Shown here in pieces: positions 11,800-22,292 of a stretch of 64,000 nucleotides of DNA. Numbering within the stretch: the stretch's first letter is position 1; each line of letters starts with the position of its first letter. The notes beneath the pieces are model-generated. The model was not told the origin of the DNA. It made no database searches and saw nothing but the letters and a program-made list of their open reading frames with translations. The translations under genes were made by a program, and so were the position numbers. Source of the stretch: Trypanosoma brucei. Its lineage: Eukaryota. Location: the NCBI GenBank assembly GCA_000002445.1, contig CM000208.1, positions 3,648,001 to 3,712,000 of the forward strand, written 5' to 3'.

Positions 11800-14700
11800 A
11801 TGGATTTTGACGAGTCAAGTGACGTCTCCAATGCCACAGCCGCTGACCACGAGTTCGAAGCGTCAGAAACCATAGTGGCAGCAGATGCGTTGGACCTTAT
11901 GCCGATTGAGCGTAACGGCACCGAGTCGTTAGTTTTTGAGACATTTCATGACAACAGTGTCACTGCGGAGGGAAGACCGATTTCATCAGCTGACCCAACC
12001 CTTTTAGAGGGTGAATATTTTCATCATCATCTGCTTGATGCAAAGGATGAGCCCATGCGTCCTGCCGCCCGCCGGGGAGGAAGCGGACACCATGGAGAGG
12101 GGCGTCTCGGTGTTCCAGTGGGTGATGGCGCTGAACATTCTATCAGATATGGAATTAGCGGTGAAAACAGGGACCCCCATCTGGAAGGCGGTTTCTCCGT
12201 TGAAGACGTGGAAATTTGGAATACGCTACTAACCCCCATGGCTCGGGTGGACATGACGCTGATGAGTTGCTTTTACGTTGGGCACCGCACTGTGTCTGAC
12301 TTGAATGGATCAGAAAGTACCACACATAACATGGAGGCAATGGTAAAAACTTTCTCGCCATTCTATTACAGATGCTCTACAAGCTCACTCGACGAAGGGG
12401 CGAGTAGTGAAGACAAAGGGAAATCCATGGCGTTGGTCACGCTGCAACGTCTTGCTTCGCACATGCAGTCCATGCAGCAAGCCCTTACAGAGAAAGGATT
12501 GATGAACAAACAATGTCAGGTAACTAGTAATGATATTATCGGTGCTGGTGGTGATGCCTCGGAAACATCTAGTCATGCAGATGAGCGGCCGCCTATTTGC
12601 CGTGGTGCGCATTCCATACACGTGGATTCCGCGTGCCGACTTATTGGTGTTATCGACGTGGACGTCTGTGCCGTCAGCTTGGCTGACGTCATTGCATTTC
12701 ATGCGCGGCCTCTGTCACAGAACGAGCTGGTTGCAGTGGTGAAGTCTGTTGTCACTAAAGTGGCTCTTCTACACAATGCCGGTGTCGTTCACGGTTGCCT
12801 TCACGCTGGCAACGTGCTCTGCGGCGCCGACAGGGGACACACATCTCTTGCTGGTCCCTGTGGGATTATGAGCAACCCGCTGTTTCCTGCGGATCCTTCC
12901 TTTATTTCCCCACGTCTCGCCGCTGCTATGCAGTCGCTGGTGGATTTGATATCGAAAGGTATCGAAGGGGGAAAGGTGGAAGGTGCCTTTTCATGGGTAG
13001 AGGATCCCTCCTTTCACACTGGTATTCTAGAATGCTTCGGATGCATTGACGGATCTAGCACCCAACCAAGCACTAACGATGATGTTTATGCTATCGGTAT
13101 ACTCACGTTGACATGTGCATTAGGTGTGCCCCCTTTTTGTACAGCCAAGTTACAAGAGGTGGTTCATATCTTGTCAAAATATTATGGCAGCGTTACTAGC
13201 AGCGGTGACGAAAAGGATGTCGTTTCACTACTGCTGGGAGGGGAGCTTTTTTCGTGTGACTACACCCTGCAGCGCATGCAACTCGCCGGTTATGAAAGCA
13301 ATTTTGTTAGTACCATGTTAGACTTTGTGGGTGTGTGTCTACGGGCGGGAGCATCTAAAGATGCCATACCGACTGTTGCTGCCGGAGACTTATTGCTGCA
13401 TTCGTTTTTCACAGATTATGGACCTGCAGCTTTCGTTAAAAGCAGCATGGAAGGTGCAGGGAGTGTAAGCAGTGATGAGGAAGCAGACTCAGCACATATT
13501 GGCAGGGTCCTTCATTGCTTGTTTTACCCTGTTTCCACAGCTTTAGATTGCATGAAAAGCGATTGCGGTACCACACCCTTCGTGCCACGGCTCTGTAGGA
13601 ATTCTATTTTTACAGCTCGTTTGAACGCTCTTCAAACTTCCCGATTGTGTGGTAGCAAAGGTCCCACTTCGGTGGCTACTGACAATGGCACCGCTGTGAG
13701 CTGGCCTTATTTGGACGTGAAAGCGCCCCACTGGCATACTACTGTTAGAAATTGTACTGCAGAATGGCGCTGTGAATTGTATGCAACACCGTCAACATTG
13801 CGTCACGCATCTTGCAGTGACAATAGTGGTTGCTTCGCTTCGTTGAAGAAAGTTGCTAAAACCAAAGGTATGAAGGTGGACGCTGAAGCTCGGACCCTTG
13901 TTTGGGAAAATAGGACCGGTAGTCGCTTGATTCTTCACAGGAACGACGTACAAAGTGGGTACCTGACTGCTACAGACACACTCATTCTTCGCAACCTTCA
14001 AGATTGTGTGGTGGAGGTGCTGCTTCGTTTTCGCTATGTTGTGCTACAAAATGTGGAGCGGTGTGAACTTCTAATGGGGCCATGTTATTTTTGTTATTGT
14101 GACACGGTGGTTGACTGCCCCCTCGTTGCCGTTGCGAGTGCGCACCTTGTGACTCACGACATTCTCCGTGTGAACCTTCGCCTTGGATTTTGCTCGCCAC
14201 CCAGCTGTCGTAACAGTAGGTCGGTGTGGGAGGAAGTACAGCTTGCCCCGTACAGCATTGCGTACGAAGGCCTCAGTGCAGATTACGCTGCTGTTCCACT
14301 CCCACAAGAGCATATCGCAACCGTTATGCTGGGGATTGAGCTCGAGTCTCCTGAGCTCGTTAAGGGAACCCTTGAATTGTGTAACACTCTGGGAAGGGGC
14401 CAGGACTACCCTTACTCCCATGCGCTTGCTGCTTTTGGTAACCGCTTCGTTCATGAGGATGACGGTGTCAGTGATGTTTTCTTGTACCCCACGGAAGTAA
14501 GGAATAAAGATATCCGGATTGCCCGAGTTCGTGGTGGTAGCTCCTCCGCCATGAATGATCACGAACGACTCTTCGCGTCAGATGTGACACGGCTTCCCCT
14601 ATGGCGATGGCGCCGGGATGACACGGATAAAGTTATACGCCGCATCGCTACCGAGGATTCAACTTTCGGACCAACGGATAGCAATGCGGGAGAAAGATTC

Positions 14701-16836
14701 CCGATCATATTCATATTAGATATAGTTGGTGATTGTCTTGTCGAGGACTGCTCGAACTGCGCTGTGATTATTATTGGTTCTACCGAAGCTATCACGTTTC
14801 GGCGCTGTGCCGACATGCGACTATTTGTGATGGGAAGGGAAGTGCTACTGGAGGAATGTGAATCGATGGAGGTCTACGTGTTTGCAACGGAGATGCTCGT
14901 GCTGACCAACTGCAGGGATATAACCTTCTTTCCCCTCGCAGTGCGGGCCCCTTGCATCGAGGATATCCTTGGATCAATTGTGGAAAGCACTGTGGATGAG
15001 ACTTTACGGGAAGAATTTTTCGTTGCATTCCAACAGAAAGACGTCATCACACTAAATGCGATCACGCGCCATGAAAGCGACGCGGGGGCAATTGACTTGC
15101 AGGCGTGTAATAACGTACAATTCGATGCGGCGTGCCCGCTGATGTTCACAGTAAATTTCGTTCCCAGTGACACGGAACCCTCCACATTGTTCTTCGAGGC
15201 TTGGCAGGAAATGCGCGATGAGTCGGAGTGGGTGGTGATACCTCTCATTGAACACGCCCGTGGGACAGCAAGTACCGAAGGTAGGGGAAGCGACAACGCT
15301 TTGCCACCGGTTCGTTTTCACGATCTAGTGAACGTTTCTATTCCACGCCCATCTGAAACTTTAAGTGGTCGGGAGCATTCGATTGGTGCCTCGTCGCAGC
15401 CGATGCTCGTTGAGGTGGTATTTGAACGCATTGCAATGGGTATTATACATGTTGATGACGTGGTGGAGACGCTATTTATTCGTAAGTGCACAGGACCTCT
15501 TGAAATTGTCGTTTGCGCGGCCACGAGGGTTATTATGGAATCGTGCGAACACGTGACAGTGCACACAGCTTGCTGCTCTTTTATAGCTGTTGATTGCCAT
15601 GCATGCCGCATAGCTCTGCATGTAAACACAAAGCCTCAGTATGTTAACTGCACAGACATACAGGCTTCGACCGCAAGTCTTACATCTCACGATTACGAGG
15701 TGTTTCTGGGGCGGGCAGGTGTGGTACCGGGCGCCAATAACTTCCATGAACCGGTGGTACATGGAGGGGATGCTTCTGAAATTAGCCTTCTCACTCCCGA
15801 TGCTGTGTCGAAGATTGCATTGGTGGACTCGCTTGAAAAGGCTTTCGCGGTTCTACACAGCTCCATCACACTCGTTCCACCACCGCCGTCTGTAAGTCTT
15901 GGGCAACAAGATGCTCCCTTGATGCCTGACATGGAGAGACGTGCCCGGCATGAGGAGACCGCACGGAAACCTTTTGATGCGAACATCGTTGATGCACTAA
16001 TATTTCTCTCTGACCGCCAGTCGGCGGAGTGTGTCGACCATACCCTTGAGCCCTCTGGGACGGTGGAAGTTGAAGGTGTGGAAGAGGAACAGCCTCTTCG
16101 AAATCGTCCAACACCATCTTCAGGGCACCCACACGTCGATGATTCATTGATGGTGAGGCACGTAGATCCACTCGCTGTGGATGGGACCTCTGGTGTGAAA
16201 GGGTCTCTGCTTAATGGTGAAGAAGTAAATCCGGCCTCCGCGGTGGCTGAGGAGGATGATGACTTCTCATCACACGAAGGAGAGCTGGCCAACACTAACG
16301 ATTGTAAAGATGAAGTTCACAACCAGAGTTATACCCAAAGCTTTGATTCCACAGATGAAGGCAGGAGCGACGAGAGCAGTTTCGCCGAGCAGCCACGTGA
16401 AGACGTGGCGACAGCATCGGAAGGGGACGAGACGGCAGCTGCTGCCCCACGGGGCGGCACCGACGCAATGAATTCCACGACTGAAAGTGCCAGCAGTGGC
16501 CATAAAACGGAAAAGGAAGTTGCGGAGACTCGAGAAACTGTGGTGTCTTTCGTTTCAGCCACAGAGGAAGACGTTATGTTTGAGGGGATTGGGGTTGAGC
16601 GCACGTCAAGAGCCTCCGTGGCATCAGGTGAAAGTGTGTACGAATCTGGGGGGCCAGTGAAAGAATTCAACGTCGTTGTTCACCCCGATGAAATGGAACT
16701 TGTGTCTGCAGCAATCAGAAACGCAGCCAAGGCCCGTGCCGACGCTCAAGCGGCCGGAGCTTCATCCGCCACGCTAATGGAGGGGTTGCACCGTCATGTG
16801 GAAGACACGGTTAGTTGGCTTCGTCGTTTGCGTTAG
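11800..16836 (+). CDS. Large hypothetical protein (1,678 aa) with a degenerate protein-kinase-like (pseudokinase) segment near the N-terminus
   Basis: 5-kb uninterrupted ORF. The segment ...LVAVVKSVVTKVALLHNAGVVHGCLHAGNVLCGAD... resembles the catalytic loop (HRDLKPxNIL) with D replaced by C/H. The segment ...DDVYAIGILTLTCALGVPPF... resembles kinase subdomain IX (DVWSLGVILYELLTGxxPF). No glycine-loop or DFG motif is present. Confidence 0.7.
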   Translation: MDFDESSDVSNATAADHEFEASETIVAADALDLMPIERNGTESLVFETFHDNSVTAEGRPISSADPTLLEGEYFHHHLLDAKDEPMRPAARRGGSGHHGEGRLGVPVGDGAEHSIRYGISGENRDPHLEGGFSVEDVEIWNTLLTPMARVDMTLMSCFYVGHRTVSDLNGSESTTHNMEAMVKTFSPFYYRCSTSSLDEGASSEDKGKSMALVTLQRLASHMQSMQQALTEKGLMNKQCQVTSNDIIGAGGDASETSSHADERPPICRGAHSIHVDSACRLIGVIDVDVCAVSLADVIAFHARPLSQNELVAVVKSVVTKVALLHNAGVVHGCLHAGNVLCGADRGHTSLAGPCGIMSNPLFPADPSFISPRLAAAMQSLVDLISKGIEGGKVEGAFSWVEDPSFHTGILECFGCIDGSSTQPSTNDDVYAIGILTLTCALGVPPFCTAKLQEVVHILSKYYGSVTSSGDEKDVVSLLLGGELFSCDYTLQRMQLAGYESNFVSTMLDFVGVCLRAGASKDAIPTVAAGDLLLHSFFTDYGPAAFVKSSMEGAGSVSSDEEADSAHIGRVLHCLFYPVSTALDCMKSDCGTTPFVPRLCRNSIFTARLNALQTSRLCGSKGPTSVATDNGTAVSWPYLDVKAPHWHTTVRNCTAEWRCELYATPSTLRHASCSDNSGCFASLKKVAKTKGMKVDAEARTLVWENRTGSRLILHRNDVQSGYLTATDTLILRNLQDCVVEVLLRFRYVVLQNVERCELLMGPCYFCYCDTVVDCPLVAVASAHLVTHDILRVNLRLGFCSPPSCRNSRSVWEEVQLAPYSIAYEGLSADYAAVPLPQEHIATVMLGIELESPELVKGTLELCNTLGRGQDYPYSHALAAFGNRFVHEDDGVSDVFLYPTEVRNKDIRIARVRGGSSSAMNDHERLFASDVTRLPLWRWRRDDTDKVIRRIATEDSTFGPTDSNAGERFPIIFILDIVGDCLVEDCSNCAVIIIGSTEAITFRRCADMRLFVMGREVLLEECESMEVYVFATEMLVLTNCRDITFFPLAVRAPCIEDILGSIVESTVDETLREEFFVAFQQKDVITLNAITRHESDAGAIDLQACNNVQFDAACPLMFTVNFVPSDTEPSTLFFEAWQEMRDESEWVVIPLIEHARGTASTEGRGSDNALPPVRFHDLVNVSIPRPSETLSGREHSIGASSQPMLVEVVFERIAMGIIHVDDVVETLFIRKCTGPLEIVVCAATRVIMESCEHVTVHTACCSFIAVDCHACRIALHVNTKPQYVNCTDIQASTASLTSHDYEVFLGRAGVVPGANNFHEPVVHGGDASEISLLTPDAVSKIALVDSLEKAFAVLHSSITLVPPPPSVSLGQQDAPLMPDMERRARHEETARKPFDANIVDALIFLSDRQSAECVDHTLEPSGTVEVEGVEEEQPLRNRPTPSSGHPHVDDSLMVRHVDPLAVDGTSGVKGSLLNGEEVNPASAVAEEDDDFSSHEGELANTNDCKDEVHNQSYTQSFDSTDEGRSDESSFAEQPREDVATASEGDETAAAAPRGGTDAMNSTTESASSGHKTEKEVAETRETVVSFVSATEEDVMFEGIGVERTSRASVASGESVYESGGPVKEFNVVVHPDEMELVSAAIRNAAKARADAQAAGASSATLMEGLHRHVEDTVSWLRRLR

Positions 16837-18815
16837 TGGGTAGGTGTTGGGTGAACATCCTCGCAGAGCTTCTGGGTGTTGATGCCGTGGCCTTGTTAAG
16901 CTCCAAAATTGTTTTCAAGAATCACGATAGCCTAACTAAGAGCCTGCCTTGTTTACTTTTCCGCCTTTCTTTCACCCCTCCCATTCTTTCAGTAAGTATG
17001 CCTCTGTCGTTTGGCGGTTGTGAAGGGAACTTCTGCATTATTCTGTCCTACATTCCCATCCTTTGAATTTTATCCATATTCGGTTCTCCTTGATTACCTC
17101 CCCCCTGAAATGGTGGACGGGAGATCCCCCTCCCCTGGTTTATTTCTCTTTGTTCCCCTCTTCTTCCAGTTGTGTGTTTTCGCTTTAACGTACAGCGTGA
17201 TTGCGTGGGTATGTGTACGAAAGGACATTTGGGAGGCGGAAGAATTTGGGGAGGAACCGAGGCGCTGAAAAGGGTGATAGACGGTGGTGCCATCCGAGTG
17301 GTTGGTTTGACTTCGTTTTGAGCATAAAGCTCTTCTGACCACGGCGGTCCGTTGCGACTTTTTTCTAATGACGGGCCGATATATAATTAATATTTGATGG
17401 GCTGTGGAGGTGGTTCCGTACGCGTGGACGAACGTGAATACAAACATACATGTTTGTGTGTGGTGTAACGAAGCGCATGAAGGGGAGGGGTGTCTTCAAA
17501 AGTTCCGCGGCACATTTAATGCAGCGGAGGGCGATTGTCAAGAGGGTGGTAGCGTAAAAAAAAAAAGATGCAGCGGGGGCAACATTCACCTCGTGGATGT
17601 TTGTTGGTACCTGAAGAGGACTGTTGCTTTGTTTTCCGTTTCGAGGCTGGGTCGGTGAGCCCTCGAGTTCCATCTTCTTTCACGATCTTTTTCTTTTTTT
17701 TTTGTGTGTGTGTGTCTTTTTTCTTTCCTATTTTTTTTGTTTTTTGTTCAGTCGGTGTGCTATTTATATCGTAGCGTCCAGCTTCTTTCGGTTCCGTCAC
17801 AAGCTTCTGTTCTTTCCCTTAGTTGATATTTCCTCATTTTTATTCTACTGATAAGGAGGGAACCATAATACAGAGGCCTGTATTTTCCTCAAAGTTTTCT
17901 CCCGCTCCATAGCGCTTCTCTTTGGCATATCTTTTTTCCCTCTATCTTTTTCTCTTTCTTTCTTGACGTGCCTATCACTTTTGTACCTGTTTCCGACCTG
18001 CTCTTTGACATGCTTCCGTTTCCTTTTTTCCCCCTTTCTTTTTTTTTCTTGTTATTTTCGCCACACATTTTTCATATCTTTGCGTGCATACGCGAACTCA
18101 CAGATATTTATCCTTCCTTTATTGTTGTATCAAGGCTAAGCCCGAGGGACCCTGCAGTATTTAGGTTTTTAGATGAATTAAGCGTGTGTCTGTGCCCGTA
18201 TCTCAGCTTGTGAGAAGAAAAAAAAAAGAGCGGAGCCAACGTCAAAGTTGTCGTCGAGCTTCACTTTTTGTTTGATTGAGTGACTGATTGATCATTGGTT
18301 AGAAGGCGCCAATACAATAAGAAAAGAGGATTATAAAGAAAGTTGGTGAAGAAGAATTAAAGAAAAAAAAGGAACAGCAGACCGAAGTAGTAGCAAGATT
18401 ATTAGCACAAGGGGGGGGGGAAGAACTGAATAGTGGGAAATAGAGGCCTGTTATTTGTGTGGAAAGGTGACGAATTAGGCAAGCAAAGGAACTGCGGCAG
18501 TAACAAAAAAAAAAAGTATTCGCTCCCTTGTTGCACATATTCTCATACTAATACGGAGGGTGAGTGGCGAAACAGAAACTGGTGGGCATTTGTTTGGGCA
18601 GAGCGGCGCACGCAGCAGCTGAACGAACTTCATTGCCTCTTTACCGCCTCCTTCTTTTGAGTTCCGTGTACTGGTTGCGTACTTGACCATCAGTTGAGGA
18701 ACGAACACAAATATCTCCTCTTATATAAGCATAGGATAGTGGAAAAGAGGCGCAGGTGAATAAGAGGGTTATCTACGGGGATTGACATTTGTTAACCTAA
18801 CGAGCGGCATCGTTT

Positions 18816-21800
18816 GTGAGGCGTGCGATGTTACTGGATTTCGTCCTAAAGTACGTTAGAGGAACTCATCCAGCGGATTCTGAGGATGCGTCAAAAGAGG
18901 GTAGTCCCTCTGCGGCGAGTGCATATGGGGGAAAGGATAGAAAACACCATCCGCCTGCAGAGGGACACCGCTCACCGCCAGATGAAAATGTATCCGGTAA
19001 TGAACAAGGGAGGGGGATTATGACTCTCTTACCAAAGGTTCCGTCTGCAGAATCAGTGCGCGATAAACCCTTCTACAGTAACGGCAGCGGTCATGGGGAA
19101 CGAAGAGAACTTGATGGTCATGAAAAGGAATCATCAGTTGATGGGAAACACCGCCAGCACCGGTCCCACGTCCTGCCGTCCATGGATATGGATAGGGCCC
19201 CGTCTCAATTTTCGGCGAGCGGTAGCAGACAGCTGGAAGGACCTCACGGGGTTAATTGCGCCCAAGTAACTGAGCAGTCGCTAGAAGTACATGATCCTAA
19301 CGACGGTGTAGACAGATGCCACGATAGGAGTGGGACAGGAACGGCCCACGATAATAACCGATTAGCTGCAGATCAAATCGGCTGTACGGCTACGGTTGCT
19401 GAGGAGCTGCGGGCTCATAGGTCAACTACACCCATTAAAATAGTAAATGCAGCTGCGCAGAATGTGGAGGACGATATTGACGATGACAATGAGGTTGTGG
19501 GGAACGCCCTAGTCAAACCTATGACCCCCCAAAGCTACTCCTCGCTAATGTTCAATAGCGACTTCAGAAAGCTGAACTATAAGGAAGACGACATCAAGCG
19601 CCGTATTGCAGTTGGCGAGGGCCGCTCATTACTTATACTTCAGAACAGGGGTGTTTCGTGTGACGCGTTGTCTGCGATTCCCGCACTAGAAAGGCACGTT
19701 AGCGACGCGCGGAGTTGCCCTGCTCGTAGCGTACAGTCCAGCGAGTGTGCTGGTGGTGTTCTAACCTCATCTCCGCGAAAGGAAGAGCCGCAACGGGAGA
19801 GAAACTTCCACAGCGAAAAGCGGCCCCCAACAGCGGACACGGATGGCCAAACAATATGCACGTGCGGGTTGACAGTGGGCTCATCACCAACAGAACAATT
19901 CTCCTGCCCCGGGGGAGCGGCTGAAGATTCTTTTAATCGTAAGACTTGCAAAATTCACGGCACCAATTTAGGTTGCCGAGCACATTCTTCCGAGCTTATA
20001 AGTGAATGGGTCAGCGAGTGTATACCTCCTGAGCCCGTGGAACTCATTAATGTGAACGCGGGACGTCCGCGTGTAAATGTGTTGAAGAAAGGCGTCATCA
20101 ATTGTTGTGTCGCCGTCAGGAAGTCATTAGATGATGCAAAAATGATGCTTAACAACAAGTATGTCATATACTTTAGGTGGTGCCTTGGCGTGGGGTCTTC
20201 CTCTAAAGTGTTTCTTTGTTATAATCTTCATGAGAAAGCGTTCTACGCCATGAAGGTCTACAACCGTGGGAGGCTTAGACGTAAGGGTTTTGGGGCGAAC
20301 TGCGCCTTGAACAATGTGCGGCGTGAAATTGATATAATGAAGAAGTTAAGGCATCCTAACATACTTTCACTTGTTGAGGTGATCGACGACCCCTTCAGCC
20401 GAAAAATTTATTTAGTCCTTGAGCTTGCCGAGAAGGGCGCTGTCATGACATTGGAAGGTGACGGCACTGTCGTGCCAAGTGTTAGTGGGGCTGCTCTGCC
20501 AGAAGAAGAAGTCGCACGGGCTATACGTAGCGTCGTGGAAGCGTTGATTTACGTCCATGACCTTGGTATCGTTCACCGTGATGTGAAGCCGCAAAATATT
20601 CTTCTGGATGCGGAGGAGTGTGTTAAACTCTCCGATTTTGGGGTCTCAATAATGGTGGATGGGTGTACCTCACCTGTTCCACGTGAGGGAACAGTGGCGT
20701 TTCTACCCCCCGAAATGTTAGCTTCGAGTGAGGTACGGGTTGCCCTCTCTGACGCGGCATCCCATAAAGACACTAGTATCGGGAGCACGAACAGCCATCA
20801 GGTGTGCTCAAGAATGAATGACGAACTGCCCGTAAAAACACTCCCGGAAGGTGAGAGAGAAGAGATTGGTAGTCTGCAAACGACCGACACGTCTGTGAGA
20901 ACACAGAATGACAACGCTTCGGTTTCCGTTGGTAGTGAATGTAAACAAGTTGCGAGCACTGGTGTAGCTTCCTTATCGGGGAGCAATAACCCAGGTTGTG
21001 AAGTGTCTCCCTCAGACTGCGCAGGATTACCCGCATGTGATCCCACAGGTACTCCCGTGGCTGATTTCTTCAAGGCAGACGTCTTCGCCTTAGGTGTCAC
21101 TACGTTTGTGCTTCTCATGGGCCGACTGCCATGGTTGGCCCGTAGCTCCCGCTCCCAGATGAAAGCGATCAACGCGCAGCCGGATCCCTTTGAAGAGCCG
21201 CTTCGGAAGGCATACGGGTGTCCCAGCGGAGAGGGCCTGAAAGGTCCGACACTCTGCAATCGGTCGCTTCATGGCTCCGAGCCCCCAGAGAGCAGCGCAA
21301 TCTTTTTAGAGGGAACCACGGAACGGACAGCTTCACAACAGATGTTTAGCTCTTCATCATGTGGCCGGTTCTTGGCATCAAATGATGCGGATACACTTGA
21401 TCATCATGTTAGTCGTAGTTCCACCAAACCCGATTGCACCGACTGGTGTAATAGCGGTATGTCCAGGGTCAGTAGGGAAGATGAAGTCGGTGCACAACTT
21501 TTGGCATCGTCCCCGACTCAGTGCGCAATTGGTGGAGAGTGGAAAGACAGTAAGTTGCTTCAGTCGAGTGAGGTCGGAGGGTCCCCACGAGCTCACGAAG
21601 AGGCTGATGGCGCACAACGCTCTCCGTACGGTCATACTAACACGTCGATGCGTGTTTGTTGTGGTTGCAGAAGTAGTTCCAACACGGCAACCGTGCCTAC
21701 GACTTCCTTCGGTTCGTTAAGTGAAGCGGGGAAGGCGCCCGTGTCAAGAGAAAACAAGCCCGAATTTTCAGCAGTTTCATGTTTTTCTCAACCAAATGCG

Positions 21801-22292
21801 GCCGGAGAGGCGACACCCTTTCGTCGCACCCACTCTCCATCCAAGTTCCCTTTGGGTAGAAGATCAACATCTGTGTTTGTTAGCAATAATTCATCTTTGC
21901 ACAGCTGGAGGATTCAAGAGGGCCACCAACCACATGCTGGAGATGCGGTGCTCAACGAGGATTTGGAAGGTTCATTGACTAGTGACGCCAACTTCCCTCT
22001 GTCAGCGGGGAGGGAGTTTACCTTTCCTCTTTGCCAACACTGTGCTACGTGCAACAACACTAATAACGGCCCTTACACGGAGTCTGGTGTGGGAGACACG
22101 ATGTCAGGAGAACAAACCTCAGGAAGCAAAATGGAGGTGCCAGAAAGAAGAGGATTGCCAGAGACGGATACGCACAAGTGCATCTCCGCTGATGCCATTG
22201 AGTTCGTGAGGTCTTGCCTAAGGATTAATCCCATGGAACGTAGCACCATGAAGGAACTGTATGAAATGCCGTGGCTACAAAAGGGACGTTAG
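18816..22292 (+). CDS. Ca2+/calmodulin-dependent protein kinase kinase (CaMKK)-like Ser/Thr protein kinase with large inserts
   Basis: Kinase subdomains are present: GVGSSSKVF...AMKV (G-loop/VAIK); HRDVKPQNILL; SDFGVS; PPEM. The CaMKK-specific RP-type insert between beta3 and alphaC is present, and LVEVIDDPFSRKIYLVLELAEKGAVMTL matches the CaMKK hallmark [28 protein letters not shown]. Subdomain XI (FVRSCLRINPMERSTMKELYEMPWL) lies at the extreme C-terminus. Confidence 0.85.
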   Translation: MRRAMLLDFVLKYVRGTHPADSEDASKEGSPSAASAYGGKDRKHHPPAEGHRSPPDENVSGNEQGRGIMTLLPKVPSAESVRDKPFYSNGSGHGERRELDGHEKESSVDGKHRQHRSHVLPSMDMDRAPSQFSASGSRQLEGPHGVNCAQVTEQSLEVHDPNDGVDRCHDRSGTGTAHDNNRLAADQIGCTATVAEELRAHRSTTPIKIVNAAAQNVEDDIDDDNEVVGNALVKPMTPQSYSSLMFNSDFRKLNYKEDDIKRRIAVGEGRSLLILQNRGVSCDALSAIPALERHVSDARSCPARSVQSSECAGGVLTSSPRKEEPQRERNFHSEKRPPTADTDGQTICTCGLTVGSSPTEQFSCPGGAAEDSFNRKTCKIHGTNLGCRAHSSELISEWVSECIPPEPVELINVNAGRPRVNVLKKGVINCCVAVRKSLDDAKMMLNNKYVIYFRWCLGVGSSSKVFLCYNLHEKAFYAMKVYNRGRLRRKGFGANCALNNVRREIDIMKKLRHPNILSLVEVIDDPFSRKIYLVLELAEKGAVMTLEGDGTVVPSVSGAALPEEEVARAIRSVVEALIYVHDLGIVHRDVKPQNILLDAEECVKLSDFGVSIMVDGCTSPVPREGTVAFLPPEMLASSEVRVALSDAASHKDTSIGSTNSHQVCSRMNDELPVKTLPEGEREEIGSLQTTDTSVRTQNDNASVSVGSECKQVASTGVASLSGSNNPGCEVSPSDCAGLPACDPTGTPVADFFKADVFALGVTTFVLLMGRLPWLARSSRSQMKAINAQPDPFEEPLRKAYGCPSGEGLKGPTLCNRSLHGSEPPESSAIFLEGTTERTASQQMFSSSSCGRFLASNDADTLDHHVSRSSTKPDCTDWCNSGMSRVSREDEVGAQLLASSPTQCAIGGEWKDSKLLQSSEVGGSPRAHEEADGAQRSPYGHTNTSMRVCCGCRSSSNTATVPTTSFGSLSEAGKAPVSRENKPEFSAVSCFSQPNAAGEATPFRRTHSPSKFPLGRRSTSVFVSNNSSLHSWRIQEGHQPHAGDAVLNEDLEGSLTSDANFPLSAGREFTFPLCQHCATCNNTNNGPYTESGVGDTMSGEQTSGSKMEVPERRGLPETDTHKCISADAIEFVRSCLRINPMERSTMKELYEMPWLQKGR

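Noticed and set aside
14071-14562. 163-aa minus-strand ORF inside the 1,678-aa gene
   Set aside because: Fully nested antisense to a long, coding-biased + strand ORF. Typical chance ORF in GC-balanced coding DNA.
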